DNA of 64,000 bases from the human T2T-CHM13v2.0 reference genome, Homo sapiens (GCF_009914755.1 NC_060927.1); one strand, 5' to 3'; positions 28,710 through 44,611 are shown, counted from the stretch's first letter. The notes: generated by a model from the letters alone, not told the origin. Numbers and translations are program-made.

Positions 28710-29572
28710 ACTATTCCTCAGATTTTTATTTTAAATTTAAAAAAGATCTATCGAAAAAAGCCTGTGAGAAAAGGAAAAAGAAGTTATGTTTACGTACACC
28801 TTGGTGGAATATACTGAGAGCATAAGGAGATTTTAAAACTCCCTTAGTCCTCTAAACATGTATATGTTTGTAAAATTATTTTTGTTGCTTTTCTGCTAGC
28901 CAGTGGAATAAGCTCATTAAAAGTCAGTGGAGCAGCATGTCCCATTATCAGCACACTAAACCACAGGATTAACGAATATTCTAGCAAAAGCAATCACATT
29001 TATTAATGTCCCCATGGAGCTGTGGTCTGAAACAAAAAACTTAACCATAATAATTTGGTATCCATTAATCAAATAAATTAATTCTTCCATCTACTGTTCC
29101 TAGTCTATTTCAAATTTCCTGATAATAAAAGGGGGGAAAACGGAAAAGAAATAACTTTATTTTTAAAAAGAATAACAGTGGGAAAAGAATAAACCCAAAG
29201 GAGTGTAAACAATTAATTTGCATTAGTTGGCAACTGATGATTCTGGCAAAACCACATGCAAAGAGCTAATGAACCCGTTGACTCCACTGATAACCACATT
29301 CTGTAGTTGGAGGAGGTAGTAGGAATTTAGAATCAAAATGATTGCCTGGAATGGCCGACAGGGGTACATGAAGACAGACGGTAAATAAAGGGGAAGGTTT
29401 TTTCCATTCATTCACCCAATATAATTATCTCCTTTTTACCAGTGCTAGGTGCTTTTCAAAAATGATCTCATTTAATCCTCTCGCTAACCCTTACAGATGA
29501 AGAAATCGGATGAGAGGGAGAGGAGAGGAGGGAGGGCTGGGTTGGGGGGAAGGGAGAAAAAGAGAGAGGGAG

Positions 29573-29575
29573 ACA

Positions 29576-29606
<31 letters not shown>

Positions 29607-29627
29607 GGAGAGAGAGAGAGAGAGAGA
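29573..29627. repeat. Compound (CA)n(GA)n microsatellite inside a MIR remnant
   Basis: Seen directly; flanked by TTACAGATGAAGAAATCG and ATCTGACTTCAAAGCC MIR pieces. Confidence 0.9.
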
Positions 29628-30279
29628 CTGTCCTGACCAAAGGAACACAGCTTGCAAGTCGGGGAGCAGAGTTAGAAATTCAGAGCAATCTGACTTCAAA
29701 GCCTCTATTCTCTTCCCTGTCACACTGTAGGTGGACTGTTGTTTATACCTGCAATTATTTGCTTAATCTCTGTATCCCTTCTTAGAGAGTAAGAGGGCAG
29801 AGGCTGTGTCTGTCTTGTTGATTCTTGTGTCCATCATTGCACTCTGCAGACTCCTCTCAGTGGTCTCTGTTGGGAGCAGGACACTTCCTGTTACATTTAC
29901 TTCCCATTTGGTGCAACCTGCTAAGGATTTATTCATTTCACCTCAGCCAGGCCGCTGATGCCTGTTCTCAGATTGCCTGGTCTCCTGCCTTCGCCCCTTC
30001 ACTTTAAACCATCTTCCGTGCAGCAGCCAGTGGTCTTCTAAAATGTAAATCAGATAATTTTGACCTTAGAATAAACTGCAAAACCTTACCATGGCCTCCA
30101 TGCCCTATTCCAACCCCTGCCCCCACATCTGCCCTGAAGACTCTGACCTCCCCATCACTACTCTCTGGCTCCAGCCACAAAGGCTCCCTCACGCTTCTCT
30201 CTCTCAGCTCTGTTCCACCTGAGAGCCTTTCCACCAGCTGCTTCCTTTGCTCTCTTCATTTTCTTTATTCAAGAGAAAT

Positions 30280-31450
30280 ACATGCACAAGGAAGCACATA
30301 TAAGCATATGTAGCATTGCTTGTAATAAAACAGTTGAAAACAACCTTATGTCTTGCATCAGTAGGAGGGGCCTATACACTTTGGGGTGTATTCTCTGTAC
30401 TTAAGAATATTATGCAGCAGTTAAAAAGATCAAGATAGGCCAGGCACTGTGGCTCACGTCTGTAATCCCAGCACTTTGGGAAGCTGAGGCAGGAGGATCA
30501 CTTGAAGCCAGAAGTGTGAGACCAGCCTGGGGAACATAGCAAGACGCATCCCTACAAAAAAACTTAAAAATTTGCTGAGTGCGGTGGCATGCACCTGTAG
30601 TCCTAGCTACTGGGGATGCTGAGATGAGGATTGCTTGAGCTCAGGACTTTGAGGCTGCAGTGAGCTGTGATTACACTACTGCACTCCAGCCTGGGTGACA
30701 GAGCGAGACTCCATCTCTAAAATAAACAAAAAAGACCAAGATATGCACTGATGGAGTATAAATTGGCACAGCTCCTGTGGAAGGCAGTTTGGCAAAATCT
30801 ATCAAAATTAGCTACTCAAATACCCTTTGACTGTGCAGTTTCCCTTTGGGGACTTTATGCTGCAGACATATTTACACAGATGGAAAGTAATATAGGTACA
30901 AGGTTCTCTATTATAGCACTGATTGTAATAGTAAACATTGAAAACAAACCAATACTCCATTGACAGGGCTCTGGTTAAATTATAGTATAGCCATCCAGGG
31001 GAATACCATGCCTCTGTAAAAAGGACAAAGATGCTTTAATAGATGTTCTGAAAGACGTGGAAAGGCACTTCAAGCTTCAGAACAGTGCCATAAAATATGC
31101 ATAAATTGTGTGCCGAATGGGGAAAAATAACCTATATTCATATTTGATGGAAATGCATGAAGAATAATTATTTGTCATGAGAAACAAACAATGGTGGTTA
31201 CCTAGGAAACTAGTATGAGAACTGTGTAGACAAGGGACAGGAATAGGGAGGGAAACTTTTCATTGCACATCTTTTTATTCTTTTTTGGGTTTTAACCATA
31301 TAAATGTATTACCCGTTCCCCCCATATGCATATAACGAGGAAGAGGTGGGTCTGCATATACTGACATGAAAAGGTCTGCAAGAGATATTGCTCAGAAAAA
31401 CAAGCAAGTAGCAGAACAGTGTGCACATGCTCATCCATGTCTAGAAAAAC
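30280..31450 (+). mobile_element. Old L1ME 3' region fragments, interrupted by an Alu
   Basis: GGAAGGCAGTTTGGCAAAATCTATCAAAATT..ATACCCTTTGAC, AAACAAACCAATACTCCAT. Confidence 0.65.
30438..30733 (+). mobile_element. AluJ
   Basis: Dimeric Alu; TSD AAAAAGATCAAGATA / AAAAAGACCAAGATA. Confidence 0.93.
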
Positions 31451-31974
31451 AAGGGGGATGGCCTCAGGAGAAGGGCTTGAGAGGGGGGCCTGAAATGGTA
31501 GTGGGGGTGGGATGGCCAAGAGGGACTTTCCCTTTAGCTTCATGGTTCATTTTTTTTTTCCCAAGAAGAATGTAGTATGCGCTACTTGTTAATTACTTAT
31601 AAATGAAGGAATAAAAAAGCTTTCTGGGATTGGTATTGTCTGGCGATGACCAGATCAAGGGTCAGGTTCTGGGAGCTGGTGACCGAAATGGAATGAAAGT
31701 GAGGTTGGAGTTCAGGAGGTACAAGAAATGTTCAGCCAGGCTGTTACCTAGATGTACACAGATGTTCAAAAGCTGGGATGTGGGGTGCTGGGAGCTGGGG
31801 TAAGACACTGAGGGGTAGCTCTGAAGGCTACAAGGAATGAGGGGGAGCCTCCAGAATTCTTTATCAATGGAGGCAGCTCCATGACTTCTAGAAGGGATGG
31901 CTGGAGGTTCTAGAGCTGATCTGCACGGCAGGAGAGAGGACTTTTATCTGATAGTGCAAGAGAAATAGTTCAGA

Positions 31975-32110
31975 CCTGGACTGTCCAATGTAGTGGCCAC
32001 TGGCCACATGTGGCTATTGAGCATTTGAAATGTGGCTAGTGCAACTGAGGAACTTAATTTTTAATTAAATTTAATTTAAATAGCTACATGTGTAGTTATG
32101 TTTCTCATAG
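31975..32110 (+). mobile_element. MER3-like hAT-Charlie DNA transposon fragment
   Basis: CTGTCCAAT..GGCCACATGTGGCTATTGAGCATTTGAAATGTGGCTAGTGCAACTGAGGAAC. Confidence 0.8.
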
Positions 32111-32304
32111 TCTCAGATCTAGACTGAAGTGCCTGAGGAACTTGGGACTGGTAACATGGGGTGCGGAAGAATAAATGGTCTCCAATAGAAATGCCAAAAG
32201 GTTGTAGAGTGACTTAGGAGAGTGCCAGGATCCTATTCACGAGGAAAAGTGCTCCTGGGACAGACTGAATGTATGAGGGCAGAAGATATTTATGTGGAGA
32301 CAAG

Positions 32305-32635
32305 GATCTGACATTTCCATCATTGCAGAAAGTTCAGTTAGACAGTGCAGGTCTACCCACATGCTGCTGCTGAGCCCTTGAAATGTGGCCAGTCTGAACT
32401 GAGATGTGCTGTGAGTGGAAATAAATACACACTGGATTACAAAGACTTGGTATAAAAACAGTGTAAAGTATCTCAATAATTTTTAATACTGATTACAAGT
32501 TGAAATGTTTTAGATATAGTGTACCTATATATTTTATTTATATTACAACTGTTTCTACTTTTTAAAATATAGCTACTAGAAAACTTAAAATTACATATGT
32601 GGCTCATGTTATATTCCTTTTGGACAGAGCTGATC
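32305..32635. mobile_element. MER33-like hAT-Charlie element preceded by an inverted MER3 end
   Basis: TTGAAATGTGGCCAGTCTGAACTGAGATGTGCTGT...AAAATTACATATGTGGCTCA..TTGGACAG. Confidence 0.75.
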
Positions 32636-33019
32636 TAAAAAAGTGCAGGGAAAAGGTTGAGAGGGGCACCAGGTCAAAGCAGGGCTGAGGATTATGAAGA
32701 TAAAAGGCACTTTGGAAATGATGGCCTCACATTGCTACATTTTGGTCCCAGGTGGTATTTGGCCTTATCTCAGCTTGATGGGGAGAACTGTCATGGGCTC
32801 TGCCAAGGCACTGGGGTTCCAGCCCAGAAAGCGGTCAGGTAGAGGGGTGGAGGAGTGATGCAGAGGGCCTTGTTATGAGGATAGTTCAGGACTTTCCCAG
32901 GTTCTTTTTTCCCTCATTAAAATGTACTTCTCCCTCTAGTCTTAACTTGGCTAATAATACCTTAACATTTTACCCCTTTTTATAGTAAAGTTTGGCCTGA
33001 TTAAGACAAGCCCTTCTCT

Positions 33020-33790
33020 TAAACACATGAAAAGGTGCTCAACTCACTTATAATAAGAAAAACACAAAGCAAAATATAAGGACATACCATTCTTCACCTA
33101 GCGGACTGGCCAAGATTAAAAAAAAAAAAATCAGGTTCAAACGATGTGGGGCAAGGTATGGGAAGACAAGGGGTTGGGAATTTGATTGGCACAACCTTTA
33201 TGGAAGACAAATCGGCAGTGTCTGTGACAACTTTAATTGTGTATATCCTCTGACTAAATCCCAGTATTTATCCTACAGAAATACACATTGCAAAATGATA
33301 TATGTAAAAGGGCATCCATTGCAGTAGTGTTTACAAAAGTAAGAGACTGGAGTCAATTTAAATGTCAATTTATAGAGACTGATTAAATAAATTATGGGTA
33401 TCATTTCAATCAAATTATAAAATAATGTAACTTTAATAGCAGACAACTGCTAACAATAATAAGACAGGTCTCTATGTCAGATGTAGAAGGATCTCTAAAT
33501 TATTGGTAAGTTTAGAAAAAGAAAAAGAAAGTAACAACCATGTATGTAGCACACTGCCATTTCTGTGGGGGCAAAAAACTCAATATATTTGCTGACATAT
33601 ATTTACAAGTGTATCGATTTTTTTTTTGAAGGATATATAAGAAATCAGTAACAGTGGTAACTTCCAAGGAGGGCAAATGCATTGTAGGGAGAAGGCCGAC
33701 TCTATCTCTCACTGTATACTATTTTGTACCTTTAAAATTTTATGATATAAATATATTACCCACCAAATAAAATGAAATAAGACATTTTAA
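33020..33790 (+). mobile_element. Old L1ME 3' fragment
   Basis: AAACACATGAAAAGGTGCTCAACTCAC..., ending in AAATAAAATGAAATAA. Confidence 0.7.
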
Positions 33791-34108
33791 AACTTCTCTT
33801 TATGTATGAATTTCCTCTTATCACAACTCCATAAAGTGTCTTTGCCTGCACTTCACGATACAGCTCTTCCTGCTGCTGCAACTGTTTTTGCTTCCTAGAG
33901 ACTCGGAATTACTATCTTTCCACTTAGTAACTGAAAAAAAATTGTATTCATTTATTTGATTGTCAAGTACAGTATCTGGATTTACCAGTTTTTAGGTTTC
34001 AAGAATTATTTTTTCCCTCTACTTTGTCTTTTTCTTCATGCTTAAATGTTTATCATTAAGTTCATCAAAGTATTTTTCTAAAATATTTACATTTAAAATG
34101 CACATTTC

Positions 34109-34429
34109 GGCTGGGCATGGTGGCTTACCCCTGTATTCCAGCACTTTGGGAGGCCTAGGTGGGTGGATCACCTGAGGTCTGGAGTTCGAGACCAGCCTGG
34201 CCAATATGGTGAAACCCCATCTCTACTAAAAACACAAAAAAGTAGCCGGGCATGGTGGTGGGCGCCTATAATCCCAGCTACTTGGGAGGCTGAGGCAGGC
34301 AGGAGAATCACTTGAACCCAGGGCAGGGGGAGCCGGGGGGAGGCGGAGGTTGCAGTGAGCCAACATCACGCCATTGCACTCCAGCCTGAGCAATAAGAGC
34401 AAAACTCTGTCTCAAAAGAAAAAATAAAA
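34109..34429 (+). mobile_element. AluS with a G-rich insertion in the right arm
   Basis: Dimeric Alu; TSD ..GCACATTTC on both sides. Confidence 0.95.
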
Positions 34430-34909
34430 GCACATTTCTCTTATTCTTTGACATTCTCTTGTAATATACATTTCAGTTACATGAAATTGAAAGACAACCA
34501 AATGCAATGTGCCCTCTAGTGGTTAAAGAAAATAATTTACAATCCACCTCTCCTGAGCCAAATACACAGATCAAATGTAATTTTTCAAAGCCTACATTCA
34601 GTTATGTGGATAACTTAATTGGTTATTTCAGTGTGGCTTTTGTCCTCTTATGAAAACATGGCATATCAAAAAAATTGTCCATCTTATAAAATAATCATTT
34701 TTCTCTATTTGCAAAAACAAAAAAAGTATTGACCTATTTACCTGTTTGTTGAATAAACAATATATTAAAATAGACCAAAGAATGGGGAGTGAAAAGTAAA
34801 TTTCCTCCCACCCCTGACCCTCAGAAGCTAAAGATGGCTTTCCTAGTGGCAAGCACAGTTGCCAGTTTTTAAATAAATATATTGTGTATATGCATAAACA
34901 AATACACGT

Positions 34910-35495
34910 TATATTAGTTATCTACTGCTACGTAGCAGATTACCCAGAACTTAGTGGCTCAAAACAACAAACATTTATTATCTCACATTTTCTGTGGGTG
35001 AGGAATGCAGCAGCTTAGCTAGGCCCCCAGCGCTGGGGCTTTCCCAAGGATGTAGTCAAGCTGTCAGCTGGTGCTGCAGTCAGCTCATGTCTCAGCTCGG
35101 GAGGATCTGCTGTCAGGCTCTCTCAAGGGGTTCTTGGCAGGATTTAGTTCCTCACACGTTGTTGGGCCGAGGGCCTCATTTCTTCACTGGCTTTTGGCCT
35201 GAGGCTTCCCTCAGTTTCTTGTTACACGGTCCTCTCCATAGGACACCTCACAGCATGACAGTTGGCTTCATCGAGTAAATAAGAGAGAAGAGCCAGAAAA
35301 GGCAAGCAAGACTAGAAGCCAAAGTTTCTTGGTAACCTAATTTCGGAAGTGATATCCTATCACATTTGCTGTGTTCTGTTTGTTAGAAGCAAATTCCTGG
35401 GTTGAACCATATTTAAGGGGAGAGGATTAAATAAGGGCATGGGCACCAGGAGTAGGAGATCACCGGGGGCCATCTTAGAAGCTGCCTGCCACACA
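34910..35495 (-). mobile_element. MaLR LTR (MLT1F/G-like)
   Basis: TATTAGTTATCTACTGC..ACTTAGTGGCTCAAAACAACAAACATTTATTATCTCAC...GGGGCCATCTTAGAAGCTGCC. Confidence 0.8.
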
Positions 35496-35698
35496 GTTGT
35501 ATATGATATATCTATAGATGCCTTAAAAAAAAAAACTTAAGGTTCTGTACCTTGCTTTTGTCATGTGATAGTGTATCTTGGAGCAAGTTCTAAGTCAGTA
35601 CAGAAAGATCTCCCTCATTCTTCTAACAGTGGCATAGCATTTCAGCCCCCACCTCTACAGAGAGCATTCTTCGGGCATGCCATACCAAACCTTCTTAA

Positions 35699-36662
<964 letters not shown>

Positions 36663-36730
36663 AAAAGTGATTGCCGTTTTGCCATTACTTTCAATGGGAA
36701 AACCGCAATCACATCTGCACCAGTGTAATA
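36663..36730. mobile_element. MADE1 (Hsmar1-derived MITE) lacking its left terminus
   Basis: AAAAGTGATTGCCGTTTTGCCATTACTTTCAATGGGAAAACCGCAATCACATCTGCACCAGTGTAATA matches the MADE1 palindrome. Confidence 0.88.
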
Positions 36731-37144
36731 TCACTTTATCACGACAGTTTTGAAATAAGCTGAGAATAATTTTGATTTTATTTTTACAAAAAGGCAAGTA
36801 GAGCCTTGTGGATGCTTGATGACAATAATCTTTGAATATTAGTAATGTCAATATTAGTTGACATTAATAACGTGTTCAATGCCACATTTTTGAGTACATT
36901 TTCATTGGTTTCTAAGAAGAAATAGGTTATAGATTTAATGATTTTTGTACATGAAAGGGAAAAATTTTACTGCTTGTTAGAATTATAATACTTTTAATTT
37001 AAAAAAGTCCCATATTGATGGATATTAAGGGCATTTTTGGTCTTTTGCTGCACACCTTCTTTACCTATGTGAGAGTGCATCTAGAAGGTAAATTCCTACA
37101 AGCAGAATTGCTGGGTTAAAGGGTATGAGCACTTCACATTTTGA

Positions 37145-37534
<390 letters not shown>

Positions 37535-37914
37535 CACCCACAGCTTCTTGAAGCATTTTTCCACAAGTTTTAATGAAAAAGGAAATGAGAAATCACAGGA
37601 GAAAAACTAAAATTCAAAGTCCAGTAAACTGGCCAAATTGGAGTAATTAATTCTTATTAACCAGAAATGGAACAAGGCTCTGATATCTGCATAATTTTGA
37701 GCTGGATTTATCAGGGTATTTTCCTAGTTTAATATACAAATGAGATGAGGGACCCTTTAGTTTAGGCCCAAGTTTGCCTGGTGATCTTTTGTGGCTCCTG
37801 TCCCTACAATGTTAGATAATGTTTCCCCCTCTGAGAGTTGTGTGGCTTTCTTAACAGCATTGAATAGATAGCATATCAGATTCCAACTTCATCTGGAGGA
37901 TATGGCACTAATAG

Positions 37915-38270
37915 TGATATGGTGTGGCTTTGTGTCCCCACCCAAATCTCATCTCGAATTGTAATCCCGGAGGGACCTGGTGGGAGGCGACTGGATTATG
38001 GGGAAGCTTTTCCCCATGCTGTTCTCATGATGGTGTGGGAGTTCTCACAAGAGCTGATGGCTTTAAAAGTGTTTGGAAATTCCCCCTTTGCAGCATTAAT
38101 CTCTCGCCTGGCGCCATGTAAGTTGTGCCTGCTTCCCCTTTTGCCATGATTGTAAGTTTCGTGAGGCCTCCCCAGCCATTTGGAACTATGATTCAATTAA
38201 ACCTCTTTCCTTTATAAATTACCCAGTGTCAGGGAAGTTATTTATAGCAGTGTGAAAATGGACTAAAACA
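37915..38270 (+). mobile_element. MaLR solo LTR (THE1-like)
   Basis: TGATATGGTGTGGCTTTGTGTCCCCACCCAAATCTCATC...ATGGACTAAAACA; ATTAAA signal; TSD AATAG/GATAG. Confidence 0.9.
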
Positions 38271-38718
38271 GATAGCAAAGCAAGTTTACACTGATTAATT
38301 ACTTACTTTTGAAACTTTACAACTGTGGCCACTTTTGACTTTTTTTTTAACTGATGTTTCAGTCATTAGAAAAACAGAGAATGTTGGGGGTAAAAAGAAG
38401 TCTTATAAGTCACACATAGCTTAAATGCTGCAGCTTTTCCCCAAATTCTGGAATCCTTTCTAAATCAGTCAGCATCTGTCTATGTGTCTTCACACACAAA
38501 TACTCATTTCATTGAGGTAGATTGTTCTCTTGTTAAACAAGGAAAAAGCTTTAGAGTTTAAAAAATTATTTTGTACATTGGGTTGAAATAAAAATCTGTT
38601 GCTTTGTGCCTCTTTCCAAAGCTTTCTTCTCTGCTTAAGTGGTCACAAGGAAAAAGTCTTTGTTCCTTGTCAACAGCTCCCATAGCTTCCTCAGGTCTGC
38701 TCTTCTCCAGGAGGATTA

Positions 38719-38824
38719 TTTTTTCTTTTTTTTCAAGACAGGGTCTTGCTCTGTTGCCCAGGCTGGAGTGCAGTGCTGTGATCATAGCTCACTGCAGCCT
38801 CAGACTCCTGGGCTTAAGTAATCC
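38719..38824 (-). mobile_element. Alu fragment (AluJ/FLAM 3' part)
   Basis: AGACAGGGTCTTGCTCTGTTGCCCAGGCTGGAGTGCAG. Confidence 0.85.
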
Positions 38825-38886
38825 AGGAGGACGATTTTAATTGGCATCATTCCTTTTTCCCAAAAAATAATTTTAAGATGCACCAC

Positions 38887-39210
38887 GGCTGGGCGCGGTG
38901 GCTCACGCCTGTAGTCCCAGCACTTTGGGAGGCCGGGGCGGGCAGATCACGAGGTCAGGAGATCGAGACCATCCTGGCTAACACAGTCAAACCCCATCTC
39001 TACTAAAAATACAAAAAATTAGCCGGGCGTGGTGGCGAGCTCCTGTAGTCCCAGCTACGCGGGAGGCTGAGGCAGGAAAATGGCGTGAACTCAGGAGGCG
39101 GAGCTTGCAGTGAGCCAAGATCACACCACTGCACTCCAGCCTGGGCGACAGAGCGAGACTGTACAACACAACACAACACAACACAACACAATACAACACA
39201 ACCACAACAC
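38887..39210 (+). mobile_element. AluY whose tail has become a (CAACA)n microsatellite (39163-39210)
   Basis: Y diagnostics GATCGAGACCATCCTGGCTAACAC, GGCGTGAAC, GGAGCTTGCAG. Confidence 0.95.
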
Positions 39211-39233
39211 TAATTCCTCTCCTCTGAAGATAC

Positions 39234-40032
39234 TGAAATGGGAAAAGTTCCCTTGTCCCCCTTGCAAAGCGTGTGACGGGGGAGTGGCTCGCTTCTTCAG
39301 TGCCCCGCTGCTCAAATCTCTAGGGGAGCATACAGACGGGCAGGTTGTGGGGCTCTGACCCCATGGCAGTGTCTAGGGGTGGATGTTTACAGCTCCTGAA
39401 GCGCCAACGTGCTACCGTGTGCTTTTTTAGTTTTGCTGCCTACAGGCGGCTTGTGTTAACCAGTTCAATTAGCCCCTCTACCTTGTTGCAAGGACAGAGG
39501 GCTTTCTGTATCCTGGGTTCTTGTCTTGGTGTACCAGAATAATCGGATCACACCTGGGCTTGGAGAATGAGTGCAAGGTTTTATTGAGTGGAGGTAACTC
39601 TCAGCAGAAGGGGGAAGTTATAAGAGGGATGGAGTGGGAAGGTTTTCCCCTGGAGTCAGGCTGCTCTGTGGCCTGGGCTTTCCTCCGACTGCCCCAGCCA
39701 AACTCCAAGCCGTTCTGCTTCTACCAGTCAGTGGCATGCAAGTTCCTGTGGATGTGTTCCTCTCAAAGTCCAGCCGCTCGTGTGTTCCTCCACTGATGTG
39801 CTTCTCTCGACGTCCAGCCGCCTATGTGTCTCCTGCTAGGGTCTTGGGGGTTTTTATAAGCACAGGATGGGGGCATGGTGGGGCCAAGGTGGTCTTGGGA
39901 AATGGAACATTTGGACAGGAAAACTAAAATGCTTGTCCTCACCTAGGTCCATGGGCACAGGCCCGGGGGTGGAGTCCTCACCAGGGATCTGCCCTTCCCT
40001 TCCCAGCACTTCCCTGCCCCCCTTCCATATCA
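39234..40032 (-). mobile_element. ERV1-class solo LTR (LTR1/LTR27/LTR28/MER52-like group)
   Basis: TG...CA termini; 4-bp TSD ATAC/ATAT; minus strand begins TGATATGGAAGGGGGGCAGGGAAGTGCTGGG; TATAAA (39853-39858) and AATAAA (39580-39585) on minus. Confidence 0.82.
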
Positions 40033-40207
40033 ATATTCCTGCTCTAAGATTTAAAAAGATGTCAAGCATGAAGACTCCTTTAAGGGCAGTCTTTCTGCTG
40101 ATCCCCACATGATAGTAGGTGTATTTTTAGGACAACTGATTCAGAGCATGCATAATGACAAGAGCTGCTTTAAGTTCAAGAATGTTTTGACAACATTCAT
40201 AGGACTA

Positions 40208-40645
40208 TGTATTCACAATAGCCAAAGCTAGAAGCAACTCAAGTGCCCGTGGACATATGAATGGATAAACACTGTGGTATGGACATATAATGGAATATTA
40301 CTCAGACTTAAAAAGGAAGGAAATTCTGACACATGCTACAACATGGATGAACTTTGAAGACGTTATGCTGAGTGAAATAAGCTAATCACAAAGGGACAGT
40401 TACTGTATGAATCCATTTATGTAAGGTACCTAGACTAGTCAAGTTCATAGAGACAGAAGGTAGAATGGAGGTTGCCGGACCAAGGGGAGAGAGGAAAGGG
40501 AAGTTACTGTACAGAGTTTCGATTTGGGAAGGAGAAAAAGTTCTGGAGATCGATGGTAGCAATGGTTGCACAACAATGTGAATGTACTTAAAGCCACTGA
40601 ACTGTACACTTAAAATTGCTAAAATGGTGAATTTTAAGTTATGTG
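40208..40645 (+). mobile_element. L1MB 3' end
   Basis: ATTCACAATAGCCAAA..ATGAATGGATAAAC..AACATGGATGAACTTTGAAGAC..CTGAACTGTACACTTAAAA. Confidence 0.88.
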
Positions 40646-42151
40646 TATTTATCACAATGAGAAATATAATAGCCTATCAATCACAGCAGCATCTCCAAAC
40701 ATTTGAAAAGTAGTTGTATATGCATCTGAAATCTATTATTCATACAATCGACAGTTTTGCCCCACCTTCGAAATCTTCAGTCATTCCACAGCGAGCCTCT
40801 GAGGGCCATTTGGACTTTCTTTGGGCACAATTGATTAGACCAAGAATGAGCGGTTAGCCCCAGTTGGACTATTCAGAACCTTGTCCTAAGAATTTGGAAT
40901 TTGATTTTAGAAACTTGTTATTAGTCTCTGTGTAGAGGTAAAGGTGAGGTAATATTGTTGGGAGTTATAGGGCAGTCATCTTTTTCCATGTTCATTTTTT
41001 ATTCAACAAATATTTATTTTTTGTCTACTCTGTGGTAGGCATTGTGCAGGATGCTGGGATTCAGTGGCATCCCTGCCCTCCTGAAACAGAGCAAGCCTGA
41101 CCGTAGGGAGATGATCTCTAAAGTTATTTCTCATATTTTTGTTAGACCTGATGTTTTGCACACTGTTTTCTAGTAAATGAACAACACAGTATGCCATGAT
41201 TTTTTAAAATTACATTTAACTTCCTCTCTATTTTTTAGCACGTTTTTCAGCACCAGGACAAGCATCATTGCTCAAGGAGAGCTTGGTTGACAACAGGAAG
41301 TTAGAAGGAGTCTGAATTGTAACAAGTGTGGCAAGAGCACCAAGATCACTGTGTGTGTGTGTTCACAGAAAATGTACCAAAGGTGGGTGTTTTGTTTACC
41401 AGTGGCAGCAGCGCCACCACGTGGCAAAATAGTAAATGATGTTTGTAATTTCTATGCCTGCCTGCATAGAAATTACTCAATTCTTGAAGGAAAAAAAAAA
41501 GCAAAAATTGGGCATGAAAGGGGATCTGTATTATTTCACAATTGGTACTTAAGGGGAGACTTTTAAGTCTGTTTCAAATTAGCATAATTGGAATCTTCTT
41601 AAAGTGAGGCAACACTGTGCTAAGGTCTTCATCCTGCCCTCGCAGAAGTTAATTAACCCCAGAGGTGAAATCTTGAGAGCTGGACAGACACTCCCAGTGG
41701 TTCTAGAGTATCCTTCATTAGGTCTTTCCTGACTTCTCCCAAACCAATCTTCTCCTGTGTTTCCATAAAACTGTTTCTGGTGCTCATTTCATTCCTTAAC
41801 AAATATTCATTGAGTACCTGCATGGTGCTTACTCTGTTCTAGGTATTGCAGATGCAGCAGTGAACAAATCAAACTAAAATTTCAGCCTGTACTTCTTAGC
41901 ATCTTATTGTGATACATCTGGGAGTGTTTTATGCCCTGCAAGCCCTTTGACAACAGGGACCTGTCTTATCCCATCCTCACTGGAACCACACCTTCTACCC
42001 ATTGAATTCCCAAGTAATGATTTCAGAACTCAACTGATTAAAGATGACTATATTTATTAGGACCATTCCCAAGTCAGTTCTCTGGTGGGATCAAAGCTGT
42101 GTCCTTTCAGCCAGGGACAAAATACAGAAACAGAAAGTTCATTATAGATCC

Positions 42152-42596
42152 TATGGTAAACTGAATAATGGCCCTCCAAAGATGTCCACACCCTAATCCC
42201 CAGAACCTGCAAATATATTGCCTAACATGGCAAAGGGACTTTGCAGCTGTGATTAAGGCTCTTGAGATGGGAGATTATCCTGGATTGTCATAGTAGAGCC
42301 AATGTAATCACAAGGGTCCTTATAAGAGGGAGGGAGCAGAGTTGGAGAAGAGATAAGGGTGGAGGCAAGTGTCAGAAGATGCTAATGGAGGAGAGGGCCA
42401 CAGACCAAGGAATGCAGGTGAATTCTAGAAGCTGGGAAGGGGAAAGAAAAGGATTATTCTTTAGAGACTCCAAAATAAGCACGGGCCTGGTGGTACATTT
42501 TATATTTCTGACCTCCAGAGCTATAAAATACATCTGAGTTGCTGTAAGCCACTAACTTTGTGGTAATTTGCTACAGCAGCAATAGGAAACTATACA
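42152..42596 (+). mobile_element. MaLR solo LTR (MLT1D/C-like)
   Basis: GAATAATGGCCCTCCAAAGATGTCCAC..CATGGCAAAGGGACTTTGCAG..GCAGCAATAGGAAACTATACA. Confidence 0.87.
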
Positions 42597-42889
42597 GATT
42601 TCTACCTGTCCTCCTCCTAATCTGCGTTCCACACTGCTCATTTTCACTGGTGTGCAGAGTGGGACATTTCTACTTTGTTCCCCTATTTTCCCAAGTCAGG
42701 GAGATGTCCTGGTTTGTCTTGACACAAGCCTCTAACAATGTTTCTCTAACAGGGCTGTGTGACCATTGGCATTCTTTGGTGTATCCTCACAGTCCCTTAG
42801 TTTTCTTATGAGAGTTTTAAATTCTATTCAGTTCCACAGTTAGCTAAAAAAAAGTTAATGTACAATTCAAGGTACAACCCAAAAAGTTA

Positions 42890-43670
<781 letters not shown>

Positions 43671-44009
43671 AATAAAGCCTTATGTGTTTTAAGACCACTG
43701 TTACTAACAACTTTTGTTATTAACAGATGAAATTGATGAGGGAAAGTCTTCTTTCATTTTCTTTTCATAACTTCATTCTCCACCCAGCCTGTAATATTAC
43801 CTGGTCTTGTCTCGTGAGTTTCAGTAAATATGGGGATATGTACGCTTCGCACTGGCCAAAGCCAGGTCACAAGTTAAGTGAGGCCTTATCTTTGGTGGTC
43901 CAAGTCAAGCCCACCTTTGGGTTGCCTGGCCATGGCAAGAGAGAGCTCCCCAGATTTGCCGTGTGCTGGTTCTCATGACCTGCCACAGGAACCTTGAGTC
44001 CTCCTTTAT

Positions 44010-44014
44010 CACAC

Positions 44015-44042
<28 letters not shown>
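44010..44042. repeat. (CA)n microsatellite
   Basis: Seen directly. Confidence 0.95.
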
Positions 44043-44045
<3 letters not shown>

Positions 44046-44254
44046 GGAACGCTCATTTCCATTTCCACAGTACGCCATCTGGACTCTCCTAGATTTTATT
44101 AACCTTGTTGATAAAATAATTCCTACACAGTAAAGGTTTCCTTCTCACTAGGATCATAGTTAAAATGGCAATTTCTATTATTTTCAACATGGCACCAGTG
44201 TATTCTTGGGCTATATACTTTTTGACATCATTTTTAAAAAAATGCCACTGCTAA

Positions 44255-44611
<357 letters not shown>

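Noticed and set aside
36843-36866. 9-bp inverted repeat TAATGTCAA/TTGACATTA (similar short ones near 3185-3218 and 4896-4912)
   Set aside because: Short AT-rich stems are expected by chance in 64 kb
39163-39210. Regular repeat array, considered as CRISPR-like
   Set aside because: Simple (CAACA)n derived from an Alu tail, with no spacers; I saw no repeat-spacer array anywhere in the window
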